Below, piece after piece: positions 1 through 9,609 of a stretch of DNA of 64,000 nt. The position numbers and the translations under genes were made by a program. Position 1 is the stretch's first letter. Every line of letters begins with the position of its first letter. Source of the stretch: Alphaproteobacteria bacterium (GTDB lineage: Bacteria > Pseudomonadota > Alphaproteobacteria > BOG-932 > Roseiterribacteraceae). Under the pieces are notes generated by a model that saw only the letters and a list, made by a program, of their open reading frames with translations, ran no database searches and had not been told where the DNA came from. Where the stretch lies: the NCBI GenBank assembly GCA_965276835.1, contig OZ255631.1, positions 3,565,575-3,629,574 on the forward strand, given 5' to 3'.

Positions 1-1
1 C

Positions 2-757
2 CCTGAGGGCGCAGCCCTGATCGTCGGCGGTTCGGGCGGCATCGGCCGGTTCGTCTGCACGGAATTCGCCAACGCCGGCAGCGACGTGGCGATCACCTAT
101 CACAACAACCAGGGTCCGGCTGAGGAAGCCGCCGAGAAGATCCGCGCGACCGGCCGCAAGGCGACGACGCACAAGCTGTCGACGAGCGACGCCGATCAGG
201 TCGCGCAGGTGATTCAGGATGTCGTCAAGGCGCATGGCCGGCTTCACACCGTCGTTTATGGCGCCGCGCCCCTGACCGAACAGCTCTATATCTCCGAATA
301 CACGCTGGAGCGCTGGCAGAAATCGATCGACCAGGAGGTCAACGGATTTTTCCGCGTGGTCCATGCCACCTTGCCGGTCATGAAAGCGTCGGGCGGCGGC
401 TCCTATGTCCATCTGGGTTCGGCAGGCGACAGCTGGTGGCCGGATCGCGACGGCCTGTCGGTTATTCCGAAAGCGGCCAACGAGGCGCTGATCCAGGGCC
501 TGGCCAAGGAAGAGGGCAAGCATAATATCCGCGCCAACACCGTGCTGGTCGGCGTCATCAAAGCCGGCATGTTCCTGGAGCTGACCAAGCAGGGCGTTTT
601 CGACCAGAAATGGATCGACGAGACCCACAAACTGCTGGCGCTGAAGCGCTGGGGCGAGCCGGAAGAAATCGGCTATGCCGCGGTGTTCCTGGCGTCTAAC
701 AAGGCGCTCTATGTTACCGGGCAGAAGATTTCGGTCTCCGGCGGATTCGGCGTCTAA
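2..757 (+). CDS. SDR family oxidoreductase (5' truncated by window edge)
   Basis: Frame stays open upstream of the track start at 86 and reads LIVGGSGGIG (NAD(P)-binding motif); C-terminus KRWGEPEEIG...YVTGQKISVSGG is typical of SDRs. Confidence 0.9.
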   Translation, partial: PEGAALIVGGSGGIGRFVCTEFANAGSDVAITYHNNQGPAEEAAEKIRATGRKATTHKLSTSDADQVAQVIQDVVKAHGRLHTVVYGAAPLTEQLYISEYTLERWQKSIDQEVNGFFRVVHATLPVMKASGGGSYVHLGSAGDSWWPDRDGLSVIPKAANEALIQGLAKEEGKHNIRANTVLVGVIKAGMFLELTKQGVFDQKWIDETHKLLALKRWGEPEEIGYAAVFLASNKALYVTGQKISVSGGFGV

Positions 758-759
758 CC

Positions 760-1302
760 ATGACAGCGGCGGACCATAGCGATCGCCTGCAGCTCATGCT
801 CGACAAGCACGAGCTTCGCGAATTGGGCGAGACCTATTGTCGGGGTATCGACCGGCAGGATTTCGCCCTGGTCCGCACGCTCTATCACGACGACGCGATC
901 GACGATCACGGCGATATGTTCAAGGGCGGGCCTGATGACTACGTCGCCTGGCTGCCCACCATCATGGCGATGTGGGACGCGACCGTGCATTCGATCTCCA
1001 ACGCGGTCTATGAAGTCGATGGCGACAAGGCGAACGGCGAACTCTACGTCGTCGCGTATCACCGCACCCACGGCCCCGATGCCAAGGAAATCGTCGTCGG
1101 CGGCCGGTACCTCGACCGCTATGAGAAGCGGGACGGCAGGTGGAAATTCAGCCACCGCTCATTGGCGATGGACTGGTGCAACGTGCGCGACGTGCGCCAG
1201 GAGGATTACGACACCTTCGCCGCCGGCGCGGTGCGGGGACGGCACGACGCGGACGATGCGTCCTATGCCGAATTGCCATTGATGGGGCGGGTCGGCCGTT
1301 AG
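760..1302 (+). CDS. SnoaL-like / NTF2-fold protein
   Basis: YCRGIDRQD, H-x-ISN, GGRYLDRYEKRDGRWKFSHR motifs; begins 2 nt after the SDR stop. Confidence 0.85.
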   Translation: MTAADHSDRLQLMLDKHELRELGETYCRGIDRQDFALVRTLYHDDAIDDHGDMFKGGPDDYVAWLPTIMAMWDATVHSISNAVYEVDGDKANGELYVVAYHRTHGPDAKEIVVGGRYLDRYEKRDGRWKFSHRSLAMDWCNVRDVRQEDYDTFAAGAVRGRHDADDASYAELPLMGRVGR

Positions 1303-2057
1303 CTTCCAGACGGCCGCAAATCCTTCAACCCAGCGAGGTTGACCGGGCGGAACATGCAAAAGAAGCCGTACCAGTCGGCAAGGTCGAGCGTCAGTTCGCT
1401 GTCGGCCTCGGCGATGGTGTCGAAGGCGTCAACGAAGTCGCGGGTCAGCTGCCGAACCCGCTCCAGCGACGATGGCGACAACTTGCCGAAACTGAATTGC
1501 CAATCCGGCGTCGCCATGTCGAACTTGCTGAAGAGATCCTGCAGCATAGCCTCGTGCGCCAGCTTCGCCATCGCGCCGTCCCTTTGAACGCTGAAGTTGC
1601 GGCCGACCATGACCCGTACGCGGTTATAGGGAAACAGCCGGACCAGCCCCAATCGGTCGAGCGCCGTCAGATAGCCGTTCATCGCGGCATCGGTCAGCTG
1701 AAAATCCCGCTGAATGATCGCCGGTGTGAACCCATGCGACAGCAGATAGAAAACCCCTGCCTGGAAGGGATCCCGGACCAGAGCCTCCTCCTCCTCCGGT
1801 GACAGGAACGGCCGTTCCGGTTCTTCCTGCGACATCGCCAGCAGGTCGCTCAAGCGCACGCCCACGACGTGGCAAATATCCTCCATGATCTCGACCGTCA
1901 GGCTATGCCCTGTTAAGTATCGTTTGACCGTCGTCTCGCTGACGTTGAGCCTCTCGGCGACATCTTGATAGAGAAGGCCCTTAGCCTTGAGCATGCTTTT
2001 GAGCGCACGTAGCAATACAGGGATCTCCGATTGATCCTGTTTTAAGCCCCGACTCAT
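1299..2057 (-). CDS. XRE-family HTH transcriptional regulator with long C-terminal domain
   Basis: N-terminal LKSMLKAKGLLYQDVAERLNVSETTVKRYLTG HTH; divergent from the TonB-dependent receptor. Confidence 0.8.
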   Translation of the reverse strand: MSRGLKQDQSEIPVLLRALKSMLKAKGLLYQDVAERLNVSETTVKRYLTGHSLTVEIMEDICHVVGVRLSDLLAMSQEEPERPFLSPEEEEALVRDPFQAGVFYLLSHGFTPAIIQRDFQLTDAAMNGYLTALDRLGLVRLFPYNRVRVMVGRNFSVQRDGAMAKLAHEAMLQDLFSKFDMATPDWQFSFGKLSPSSLERVRQLTRDFVDAFDTIAEADSELTLDLADWYGFFCMFRPVNLAGLKDLRPSGS

Positions 2058-2145
2058 CTTTCCTCCCGGCTACGCGACCACGCACCCTGAAAACGGCACG
2101 CGAGCGTCGCGTTAAAAGCTTCAGTTATTAGTCGTTATTAACGCC

Positions 2146-2171
2146 GATATTGATGCCGCAGGCATCATATC
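2146..2171. promoter_or_regulatory. imperfect palindrome in divergent promoter (candidate operator)
   Basis: GATATTGATGCC-gca-GGCATCATATC; also GCGTTAA(2109)...TTAACGC(2144) and two GTTATTA copies nearby. Confidence 0.35.
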
Positions 2172-2293
2172 ACGATACTTGGGGGAGAAATCCCCCCTGA
2201 AGAAGCATCACGGTTGATCGTGAGTCCGGCGGATGCGCAAAATCCGCGACAGCTGCATCAAGCAGCCTAAAAATCATCTGGGAGGGAACGAAC

Positions 2294-5101
2294 ATGACCC
2301 CACGTATCGCCAAAGCCTTGTTGACGTGCACGTGCCTGGCCGGAGCACTATCCGCAACGCCGGCTTTCGCACAGCAGGCGGCACAGCCTTCGGCCGCTAC
2401 CACGGGCCTTGAAGAAATCGTCGTGACAGCGCGGCGCAAGGAAGAAAAGCTTCAGACCGTGCCGGTCGCGATTACCGCCTTCACGGGCGCGCAAATCCAG
2501 AAAGCCAACATCGAATCCTCGTCGGATCTCCAACACCACGTTCCATCGCTGATGAGCAGCCAGCAGTCGCGTGACGAGCAGGTGTTCTATCTGCGTGGCC
2601 AGGGGCCCAATGGCGGTTCCGGCGGGTCGCCCGGCGTCATCGCCTATTTCTCTGAGGTTCCGTTCACCGGATCGGGTCCGGGCATCTATTTCGACCTAGA
2701 CAACCTGCAGGTATTGCGCGGCCCGCAAGGGACATTGTTCGGCCAGAACACGACCGGTGGCGCCGTCCTTTTCGAGCCGAAGCACCCGACCAACAATTAT
2801 GAAGGTTACGTTCAGCTGACCCTGGGTGACTATAACCGGCAGGGCGTCGAGGCGGCGGTCAACATCCCGATCATCGACGACCAACTGCTGCTGCGCGTTG
2901 CGGGATCAAAGGAAACGCGCGACGGCTACACATACAATATCGGCACTCATCAAGATCAGGACAATCGGGATTACTGGTCGGGCCGCATCGGCCTGACTTG
3001 GCGGCCGAGCGACAATTTCGAGAATTATCTCGTTTACGACAGTCTCTATTCGCACACCAACGGCACTGGGTTGGTTTTGCAGGCGATCAATCCGTCTCGG
3101 GATCCGGCGCTGGGCGTGGGACCGGACGGGAAGAATCTGTTTCAGGGTTCCTTTGCGCGCACGTTCGGGCTTCCGACAATTAGGGCCACCCTTGCTGAGC
3201 AGCGGGCTCTGGGGCCTAGGACAATTGATACTGACGTCGACGGTCTGGATAAGACCTACAGTTGGGGAATAACCGATATCGCGCGGTGGGATGTGGCGGA
3301 CAACGTTACACTTAAGAACATCCTGGCATACCGGGAGATCAAAAATCTCTTGCGCGGCGATTTCGACGGGACACCCCTTATACAGGGCGAATACACGACG
3401 CCGGACGGCTGGGAAATCAACAACGCCCAGTATTCGGACGAAATCCAGCTTCAGGGCAAAGCTCTCGATGACAAACTGAGCTGGATCGGCGGTGCGTTCT
3501 TTGAATTCCTGCACCCCGCCGGATTTACCCAAGCCGTTGTTCCGACCACAACCTTGATCGGAGGCCTGCCAGCCTACGCGGCAGTCTTTGGGAACGCGTA
3601 TGGCCAGAATGCGCTAGGCCCGGAAGGCGAAACGACCCGAACAGAGGCTTTGTTCTTGCAGGGAACCTATGATCTCGGCGGGATTTCGCCAATTCTGGAT
3701 GGTCTGAAGTTCACCGCAGGCGCTCGGTATACGTGGGACTATCGCAGTAACAGCAACTTCTCGACGATCGTCATCAAACTTCCGGCAGCGTTCGGTGGCG
3801 GTAACCTGACGATTCCATGCGGCCCCGCCAGCGGACTGGCCTGTACTTACGCCAACCATACGTTCCAGGCACCGACCTGGACTCTGGGACTGGACTATCA
3901 GGTCACGCCCGACACCTTGCTCTATGTAAAGAGCAGCCGCGGCTTTAAGGCCGGCGGGTTCAATGGGGCAGGCGGCGTTCTGTTTCCGAACAAGTATGAA
4001 TCGGAGTTTGTCACCGACGTGGAGGTCGGCGCAAAGGTCGATTGGGACATTGCGGGCATCAAGGCTAGAACAAATATCGACGGTTTCCATGACGATTACC
4101 GCAATGCGCAACGCGCAATCGGCGTCCAGTTCGATCTCGTTCCCGGCGATGCCTCGACAGCCAACTCAACGACGGTCATCGCCAACGGCAACGCCGAGAT
4201 TCAGGGCGTCGAATTCGAGGGCACTATCTTGCCGTTCACTGGACTCGAATTGACCGCGAGCTGGTCCTATGTCGACGCGAAATACACGCAGTTCATCATC
4301 CCAACCATCGGGGACCGGACCTATTTGCCCTACCCCTTCGTGCCGAAAAACAAGTTCGGTTTCACGGCGGATTACACGCTTCCGTTCGTGCCGGAGGACA
4401 TGGGGGATGTCCATCTGATCGGCAGCTATGTCCATACCGGTCGAATTCAGTATTCCACCGATTCGACCGAGCCTTTCGGTGACGAGCCGGGTTACGGTTT
4501 GCTCGATGTTCGCCTCAACTGGAACAATGTAGCCGGGCAGCCGATCGACGCCTCGTTCTTCATGACGAACGTCACGGACAACCTGTATTCGATCGGCAAA
4601 TTCGGCATTTACACCACGGAAGGTTTCGTCAGCCAGCTTTATGGCGAACCGCAAATGTGGGGCTTCTCGGTGAAATACCGCTTCGGCGAAAACTCCGAGC
4701 CCGAGGCAGAACCGGCGGCCTATGTGCCGCCGCCGGTTCAGGCGCCGGCACCCGCACCGCGCAGCTATCTGGTGTTCTTCGACTTCAACAAGTCGGATCT
4801 GACATCGCAAGCGGTCGCGATTGTCGACACGGCGGCGAAGAATGCCGGTCCGGCCAAGGTCACGCAGCTGACCGTCACCGGTCACACCGATACGGTCGGC
4901 TCGGACGCCTACAACATGCGCCTGTCCCGCCGCCGCGCGGAATCGGTTGCGGCGCAGCTGGAGAAGGACGGCATCGCGTCATCCGAGATCGAGATCGTTG
5001 CCAAGGGCAAGCGCGACCTGCTGGTCCCGACCGGCGACGGGGTTCGCGAACCCCAGAACCGGCGCGTCCAGATCGTTTATTCCGGTGGCGCGACTTCGTA
5101 A
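2294..5101 (+). CDS. TonB-dependent receptor with C-terminal OmpA-like domain (fusion)
   Basis: Signal peptide, TonB box EEIVVTA, plug motif VLRGPQGTLFGQNTTGGAV, barrel ending GFSVKYRF at aa 797, Pro-rich linker, then VFFDFNKS...GHTDTVGSDAYNMRLSRRRAESV...NRRVQI. Confidence 0.92.
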   Translation: MTPRIAKALLTCTCLAGALSATPAFAQQAAQPSAATTGLEEIVVTARRKEEKLQTVPVAITAFTGAQIQKANIESSSDLQHHVPSLMSSQQSRDEQVFYLRGQGPNGGSGGSPGVIAYFSEVPFTGSGPGIYFDLDNLQVLRGPQGTLFGQNTTGGAVLFEPKHPTNNYEGYVQLTLGDYNRQGVEAAVNIPIIDDQLLLRVAGSKETRDGYTYNIGTHQDQDNRDYWSGRIGLTWRPSDNFENYLVYDSLYSHTNGTGLVLQAINPSRDPALGVGPDGKNLFQGSFARTFGLPTIRATLAEQRALGPRTIDTDVDGLDKTYSWGITDIARWDVADNVTLKNILAYREIKNLLRGDFDGTPLIQGEYTTPDGWEINNAQYSDEIQLQGKALDDKLSWIGGAFFEFLHPAGFTQAVVPTTTLIGGLPAYAAVFGNAYGQNALGPEGETTRTEALFLQGTYDLGGISPILDGLKFTAGARYTWDYRSNSNFSTIVIKLPAAFGGGNLTIPCGPASGLACTYANHTFQAPTWTLGLDYQVTPDTLLYVKSSRGFKAGGFNGAGGVLFPNKYESEFVTDVEVGAKVDWDIAGIKARTNIDGFHDDYRNAQRAIGVQFDLVPGDASTANSTTVIANGNAEIQGVEFEGTILPFTGLELTASWSYVDAKYTQFIIPTIGDRTYLPYPFVPKNKFGFTADYTLPFVPEDMGDVHLIGSYVHTGRIQYSTDSTEPFGDEPGYGLLDVRLNWNNVAGQPIDASFFMTNVTDNLYSIGKFGIYTTEGFVSQLYGEPQMWGFSVKYRFGENSEPEAEPAAYVPPPVQAPAPAPRSYLVFFDFNKSDLTSQAVAIVDTAAKNAGPAKVTQLTVTGHTDTVGSDAYNMRLSRRRAESVAAQLEKDGIASSEIEIVAKGKRDLLVPTGDGVREPQNRRVQIVYSGGATS

Positions 5102-5121
5102 GCCGCGCGCATAGTCAAAAG

Positions 5122-5155
5122 AAAGCGGCGCTCCCTCGGGGGCACCGCTTTTTTG
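5122..5155. terminator. bidirectional intrinsic terminator
   Basis: AAAGCGG...CCGCTTT stem with T-run on + and A-run upstream, between convergent genes. Confidence 0.8.
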
Positions 5156-5160
5156 TTGGT

Positions 5161-6366
5161 TCACGACGGGAGCAAAAGCTCGCCGTTTTTCACGAAGAAT
5201 TTCTCCATCACCGCCGGCCCCAACCGTTCCAGCCGCTTGGCGAAACGACCCATCGGGTCCTTGCCGCCTTCCAGATGGGGGAAGTCGCTGGCATAGCAAT
5301 AGACGTCTTCTAGACCATACCGGTCGATATAATCATCGACAGGCTCGAAATCGAAAGCCGTCACCCGCACGTTGCGGCGGATAAATTCGGACGGTTTCAT
5401 CGACAGCGGGATGGTCTTGGTTTTCGAGAATAGCTGGTTGTGTTCGTGCCACATATCGAGCGAACTGGCGAGCGGGCCGATCCAGAACGATCCCACCTCG
5501 ATCACACCGAAGCGCAAAGTCGGGTGACGGTCGAATACTCCGCCATTCACCATCGTCGCCAGAAAATTCTGGGTCGGCAGGTGGATAATCGACAGGTTCC
5601 AGGGGCTCAGATTCACCTCGCCGGTGGTCTTGTAACCCTCGAAGGCCGGGGCATCGCCCCAGGCGTCGGTCTTCAGAAACCCGCCCTCGCTGCCGATATG
5701 CAGCGTGGCGGTCGCGTCACGCTCGGTGATCAGCTGCCAGAACGGGTCGAGGTCGGTATCGGCGGGCGATTTCCCGCCAGGAAGAATGGCACTCATGATC
5801 AGAATCGCACGTATGCCGCTGTCCAGCAGATGACGGGTATTGGCGACCAGGTCATTCACTGTGTCGCCATAGACGACCGGCACCGGGCGAATGCGGTCGG
5901 ACACTTTGGCGGCGCGGATCGCCCAGTTGTTGTTGGCGTCGAACAGCGCCCGGCCATAGGCTTTCCGGTCGCCCTTGAACTGCGGCATGAAACCGTATTC
6001 TGGCGGAAAGTTGAACAGCATGGAGCCGAAGACCGCGACCGCCGAGGGAAACATCATCTGCCGGGCGACCCCCGTGCGATCCATGATCTCGACACGGCGC
6101 GCCGGATCGACCGCGCCTGGCGCTGCGGGGCCCTTCATCCGCCAGATCGTTTCATCGGTCAGCGGCGCGTCGTCTTTTTTGTACTCGGGAAAATTTGCAC
6201 CTGTCGGATCGTTCGGCGGCAGCTGCTGGAAGATGCTGGCGAATTCGTCGGTGGCCGCGCCGAATTCCTGGCGCCAGAGCTGCGATGGAATCATCTCATG
6301 CGTGTCGACATCGATGATGCGCCCGGCATAGGCCGCCAACGCCTCGGGTATCGCGAGAGTCCCCAT
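5161..6366 (-). CDS. amidohydrolase family protein (Amidohydro_2-like)
   Basis: IIDVDTHE, TLHIG, YASDFPHLEG metal-site motifs; start moved to ATG at 6366. Confidence 0.85.
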   Translation of the reverse strand: MGTLAIPEALAAYAGRIIDVDTHEMIPSQLWRQEFGAATDEFASIFQQLPPNDPTGANFPEYKKDDAPLTDETIWRMKGPAAPGAVDPARRVEIMDRTGVARQMMFPSAVAVFGSMLFNFPPEYGFMPQFKGDRKAYGRALFDANNNWAIRAAKVSDRIRPVPVVYGDTVNDLVANTRHLLDSGIRAILIMSAILPGGKSPADTDLDPFWQLITERDATATLHIGSEGGFLKTDAWGDAPAFEGYKTTGEVNLSPWNLSIIHLPTQNFLATMVNGGVFDRHPTLRFGVIEVGSFWIGPLASSLDMWHEHNQLFSKTKTIPLSMKPSEFIRRNVRVTAFDFEPVDDYIDRYGLEDVYCYASDFPHLEGGKDPMGRFAKRLERLGPAVMEKFFVKNGELLLPS

Positions 6367-6457
6367 AAATCTTGCCTTCCTATCCGACTTTATGTCGTAT
6401 GAGTGCTGGCACTTTAACGCCAAAACGGCCCAACACGCACTGCAAAGCGACCCGCCC

Positions 6458-6919
6458 ATGGAAATCGACTATCGCGATATCGAGAGCATGCGGGCTGCGA
6501 TCGATCCGAACTTTACCGCCTGGAGCAACACGGTCGAAGTCACGCAGGAACTGATCGACGATTTCGCCCGGCTGTCGGGCGACGATTATTGGATTCATAC
6601 CGACCCCGCGCGGGCGCAGGCGGAAAGCCCATATGGCACAACGATCGCGCACGGCATGCTGGTGCAGTCCCTGGTCGGACGCCTTGCCATGAAAACCCCG
6701 TTCGAGGTCACCGGTTTCCGCAACATGGTGAATTACGGCTCGGCCCGGCTGCGCTTTCCGACGCCTGTGCCGGCCGGCAGCGCCATCCATGCAAGATGCC
6801 GAGTCAAACAGGTCAAGCCGACAGGCCCGGGCACGCTGCTGACGCTGGAAATCCACATCCACGTGGTCGGCAACGACCGCCCGAGCGTCACCAACGAGGT
6901 TCTTATCCTCTATATGTGA
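6458..6919 (+). CDS. MaoC-family dehydratase
   Basis: DDFARLSGDDYWIHTD, TIAHGMLVQSL, NYGSARLRFPTPV; start moved to ATG 6458. Confidence 0.88.
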   Translation: MEIDYRDIESMRAAIDPNFTAWSNTVEVTQELIDDFARLSGDDYWIHTDPARAQAESPYGTTIAHGMLVQSLVGRLAMKTPFEVTGFRNMVNYGSARLRFPTPVPAGSAIHARCRVKQVKPTGPGTLLTLEIHIHVVGNDRPSVTNEVLILYM

Positions 6920-6937
6920 CGCCCAGGCGGGTAACCG

Positions 6938-7345
6938 TTATTTGTCCATCACCGTCGGCGGATCGCCGGCGTTGGCGACAAAGACGACAAGGAACTTGGC
7001 CGGTTCGGTCTTGCTCGCGTTGCCGCTAACGAGATGGTGCGCACCCGGTGCCTCGAACCAGCCTTCGCCCGGCCCCAGCACCTTCTCCGGCTCACCCTCG
7101 ACCTGCGTACGGATCTTGCCCGAGAGTACATAGGCATAGACGAACGCCGAGCCGTGGCGATGCGACGGCGATTCCGCCCCCGGCGCATACGACACCGTCA
7201 CCACGTTCATCACCTTGCCCGGCATATCGGGTAAGGCATGCATGAACTGCGGAACGACGGTCGCTGCCGTGTCGGTTGCGGCGAAGGAAGCCGCACCAAA
7301 GAGCAAGGCAGCGGTCACGGCCGCCAAACCGAAATACCGGGTCAT
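6938..7345 (-). CDS. exported cupin domain protein
   Basis: Signal peptide; PSHRHGS...E...WFEAPGAHH cupin motifs. Confidence 0.88.
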   Translation of the reverse strand: MTRYFGLAAVTAALLFGAASFAATDTAATVVPQFMHALPDMPGKVMNVVTVSYAPGAESPSHRHGSAFVYAYVLSGKIRTQVEGEPEKVLGPGEGWFEAPGAHHLVSGNASKTEPAKFLVVFVANAGDPPTVMDK

Positions 7346-7803
7346 GCCGCAACGTCCATCTTCGGGGCCAGAACCACCGTCTTGCGGAACGGGACAGCGA
7401 CCCGGTTCCAGGCGTTGATCGCGATGATGACGAGCGTCAGGTCAGCCAGTGCACGGCCCGGAAATTGCGCCGCCGCATCGGCATAAAGCGTATCGTCGAT
7501 ATGGCCGGCGCCCAGCGCGGTCACCGCCTCGGTCCAGGCCAGTGCCGCCTGCTCGCGCAATGTGAACAGATCGGTTTCCCGCCAACCGGAAAGCAACGCC
7601 AGCCGGCCGGGATTTTCACCGTCCTTAATCGCCTCTGCGGTATGCACCGCCATGCAGAAGGCACAATGATTGATCTGTGAGGCGCGCAGCTTCACCAGAT
7701 GGATCAGCTCCCGCTCGATACCGGTTTTCTGCGCCGCCTGTTCCAGCGCGAACAACGCCTTGTAGACCTCGGGCGCTGCCTGCTCGACTTTCATCCGTTC
7801 CAT
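7342..7803 (-). CDS. carboxymuconolactone decarboxylase / AhpD-like protein
   Basis: LRASQINHCAFCMAVH (CxxC), INAWNR. Confidence 0.9.
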   Translation of the reverse strand: MERMKVEQAAPEVYKALFALEQAAQKTGIERELIHLVKLRASQINHCAFCMAVHTAEAIKDGENPGRLALLSGWRETDLFTLREQAALAWTEAVTALGAGHIDDTLYADAAAQFPGRALADLTLVIIAINAWNRVAVPFRKTVVLAPKMDVAA

Positions 7804-7886
7804 GACACTCTCCTCTTGAACCCATTCTCAGATAAGATCAGCTTGATGCAGACATAAGCACCAAGTTAGGTTCAAATGGCTGTACC

Positions 7887-9329
7887 ATGATTGACGCCCC
7901 GCAAAACGTCCTCGCCCTGACCGTCGACCGCGCGAGCCCGGTACCGCTGCAGCGGCAGATCCGCGAGGCGATCCGCGACGGCATCCTGAGCGGCCGCCTT
8001 CTATCGGGCAGGCGGCTTCCCTCCTGGCATGAGCTGGCCGGGGAATTGAACGTTGCGCGCGGAACGGTGAAGGCGGCCTATGACTGGCTGGGGGGCGAGG
8101 GGCTGATCGTCGGGCGCGGTGCGCAAGGCACATTCGTCACCGCCGACTTCGCCCGCCCGATCGAGCCCGCGTTGCCTGACGGGGCCCTCGCCGGCAGCGA
8201 CCGGTTTTATCCCTATCAGTGGGGCGCGCCGCCTTTGCCCTTCCAGTTGGGCGTGCCGGCGCTGGACCAGTTTCCCCGCGTGTTGTGGGCGCGCGCCGCC
8301 AGCCGTGCCGTGCGGACCCTGACGTTCGGAACGATGTCTTATCCCGACCCTGCGGGGTGGCCGCCGCTGCGCGCGGCGATCGCCGGCTACGTTGCCTCCG
8401 CCCGCGGCGTTTTATGCGAACCGTCGCAGATATTCATGACCGCGGGCTATACCGGGGCACTGGACCTGATCGCCCGCGCGGTCGGCCTGGGCCAGCCGAA
8501 ATGCTGGATCGAAGACCCCGGCTTTTTCCGGGCGCGCACGGCGTTGGAGATCGCCGGTATCGCGCAAATCGCCGTGCCGGTCGACGATGAAGGGATCGAC
8601 GTCGTGGCCGGCATCGCGCTGGCGCCCGATGCAAGGCTGGCGCTGGTCACTCCATCCCACCAGTCGCCGCTCGGCATGGCGATGAGCCTGGCCAGGCGCA
8701 GCGCGTTGCTGAACTGGGCGGCCGATACCGGCGCGTGGATCGTAGAAGACGATTATTATGGTGAGTTTCGCGCCAAGGGCCGACCGATCCCGGCACTCGC
8801 GAGCCTCGATGGCCGTGGACGCACGCTCTATGTCGGGTCGTTCAGCAAGGTGATGATGCCGGCGCTGCGTCTGGGCTATGTCATCGTTCCACCGGCGCTG
8901 GCTCCGGTATTCCGCGAGATCACGTCGTTCCTGATCCCGGCGCCCGCCCCCGCCGTTCAAATTGCCCTAGCCGAGTTCATCGAGAAGGGCCACTTCGCCC
9001 GGCACATCCGGCGTATGATCCCTCTGTATGGCGAACGCCGCCAAGCCCTGGCCGAGGCTCTGCGCGAGACTTTCGGCGACAAGGTTCGCATCGGCATGCA
9101 ATCGAACGGTATCCATTTGATCGCCTGGTTCGACACCGCGCTGCCGGACACCGAACTGGAGGCGCGCGCGGCGTCGCTCGGTGTTGCGGCGCTGTCGCCC
9201 TGGTCCGTCAACCGCGCATTGCCGCCGGCATTGGTTCTGGGCTTTGCCAACGTGCCCGCCGACAAGGCCCGGGCAGAAGTGGCGCGGCTGGCCGGCGCGC
9301 TCGCGCTGAAGCTGAATCATCAAAACTGA
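7887..9329 (+). CDS. MocR/GabR-family PLP-dependent transcriptional regulator
   Basis: GntR HTH (LPSWHELAGELNVARGTV) plus aminotransferase-like domain (VTPSHQSPLG, EDDYYGEF, GSFSKVMMPALRLGY); divergent from CMD-cupin. Confidence 0.92.
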   Translation: MIDAPQNVLALTVDRASPVPLQRQIREAIRDGILSGRLLSGRRLPSWHELAGELNVARGTVKAAYDWLGGEGLIVGRGAQGTFVTADFARPIEPALPDGALAGSDRFYPYQWGAPPLPFQLGVPALDQFPRVLWARAASRAVRTLTFGTMSYPDPAGWPPLRAAIAGYVASARGVLCEPSQIFMTAGYTGALDLIARAVGLGQPKCWIEDPGFFRARTALEIAGIAQIAVPVDDEGIDVVAGIALAPDARLALVTPSHQSPLGMAMSLARRSALLNWAADTGAWIVEDDYYGEFRAKGRPIPALASLDGRGRTLYVGSFSKVMMPALRLGYVIVPPALAPVFREITSFLIPAPAPAVQIALAEFIEKGHFARHIRRMIPLYGERRQALAEALRETFGDKVRIGMQSNGIHLIAWFDTALPDTELEARAASLGVAALSPWSVNRALPPALVLGFANVPADKARAEVARLAGALALKLNHQN

Positions 9330-9609
9330 ATCCCCACGCATAAATTATTGCGCGAATGCCCCATCTGCTTGTACGAATAGCCCGCAACCGCGTCGATTAA
9401 GCGAGCGTGGGCTACGAAAATCGACGGTCGCCGCCGCTTATGGGACTTGGGCTCGCCGAAATGCGGCGAAAACTCCTGAAATTGCGTGTGACGGCTTATC
9501 GTCCGCTTAGACGATGTGCGGGCCGCTCTTCGTCGTCACATTGCGGGCGTCGCCCAGGTGTGCGGACAGTTTGAAATTCATGCCCTGACGGGGCAAAGGG
9601 GAACGAGAG

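Noticed and set aside
7816-7875. TTGAACC/GGTTCAA inverted pair as a MocR operator
   Set aside because: Plausible position, but 7-bp arms about 46 bp apart are too weak to call
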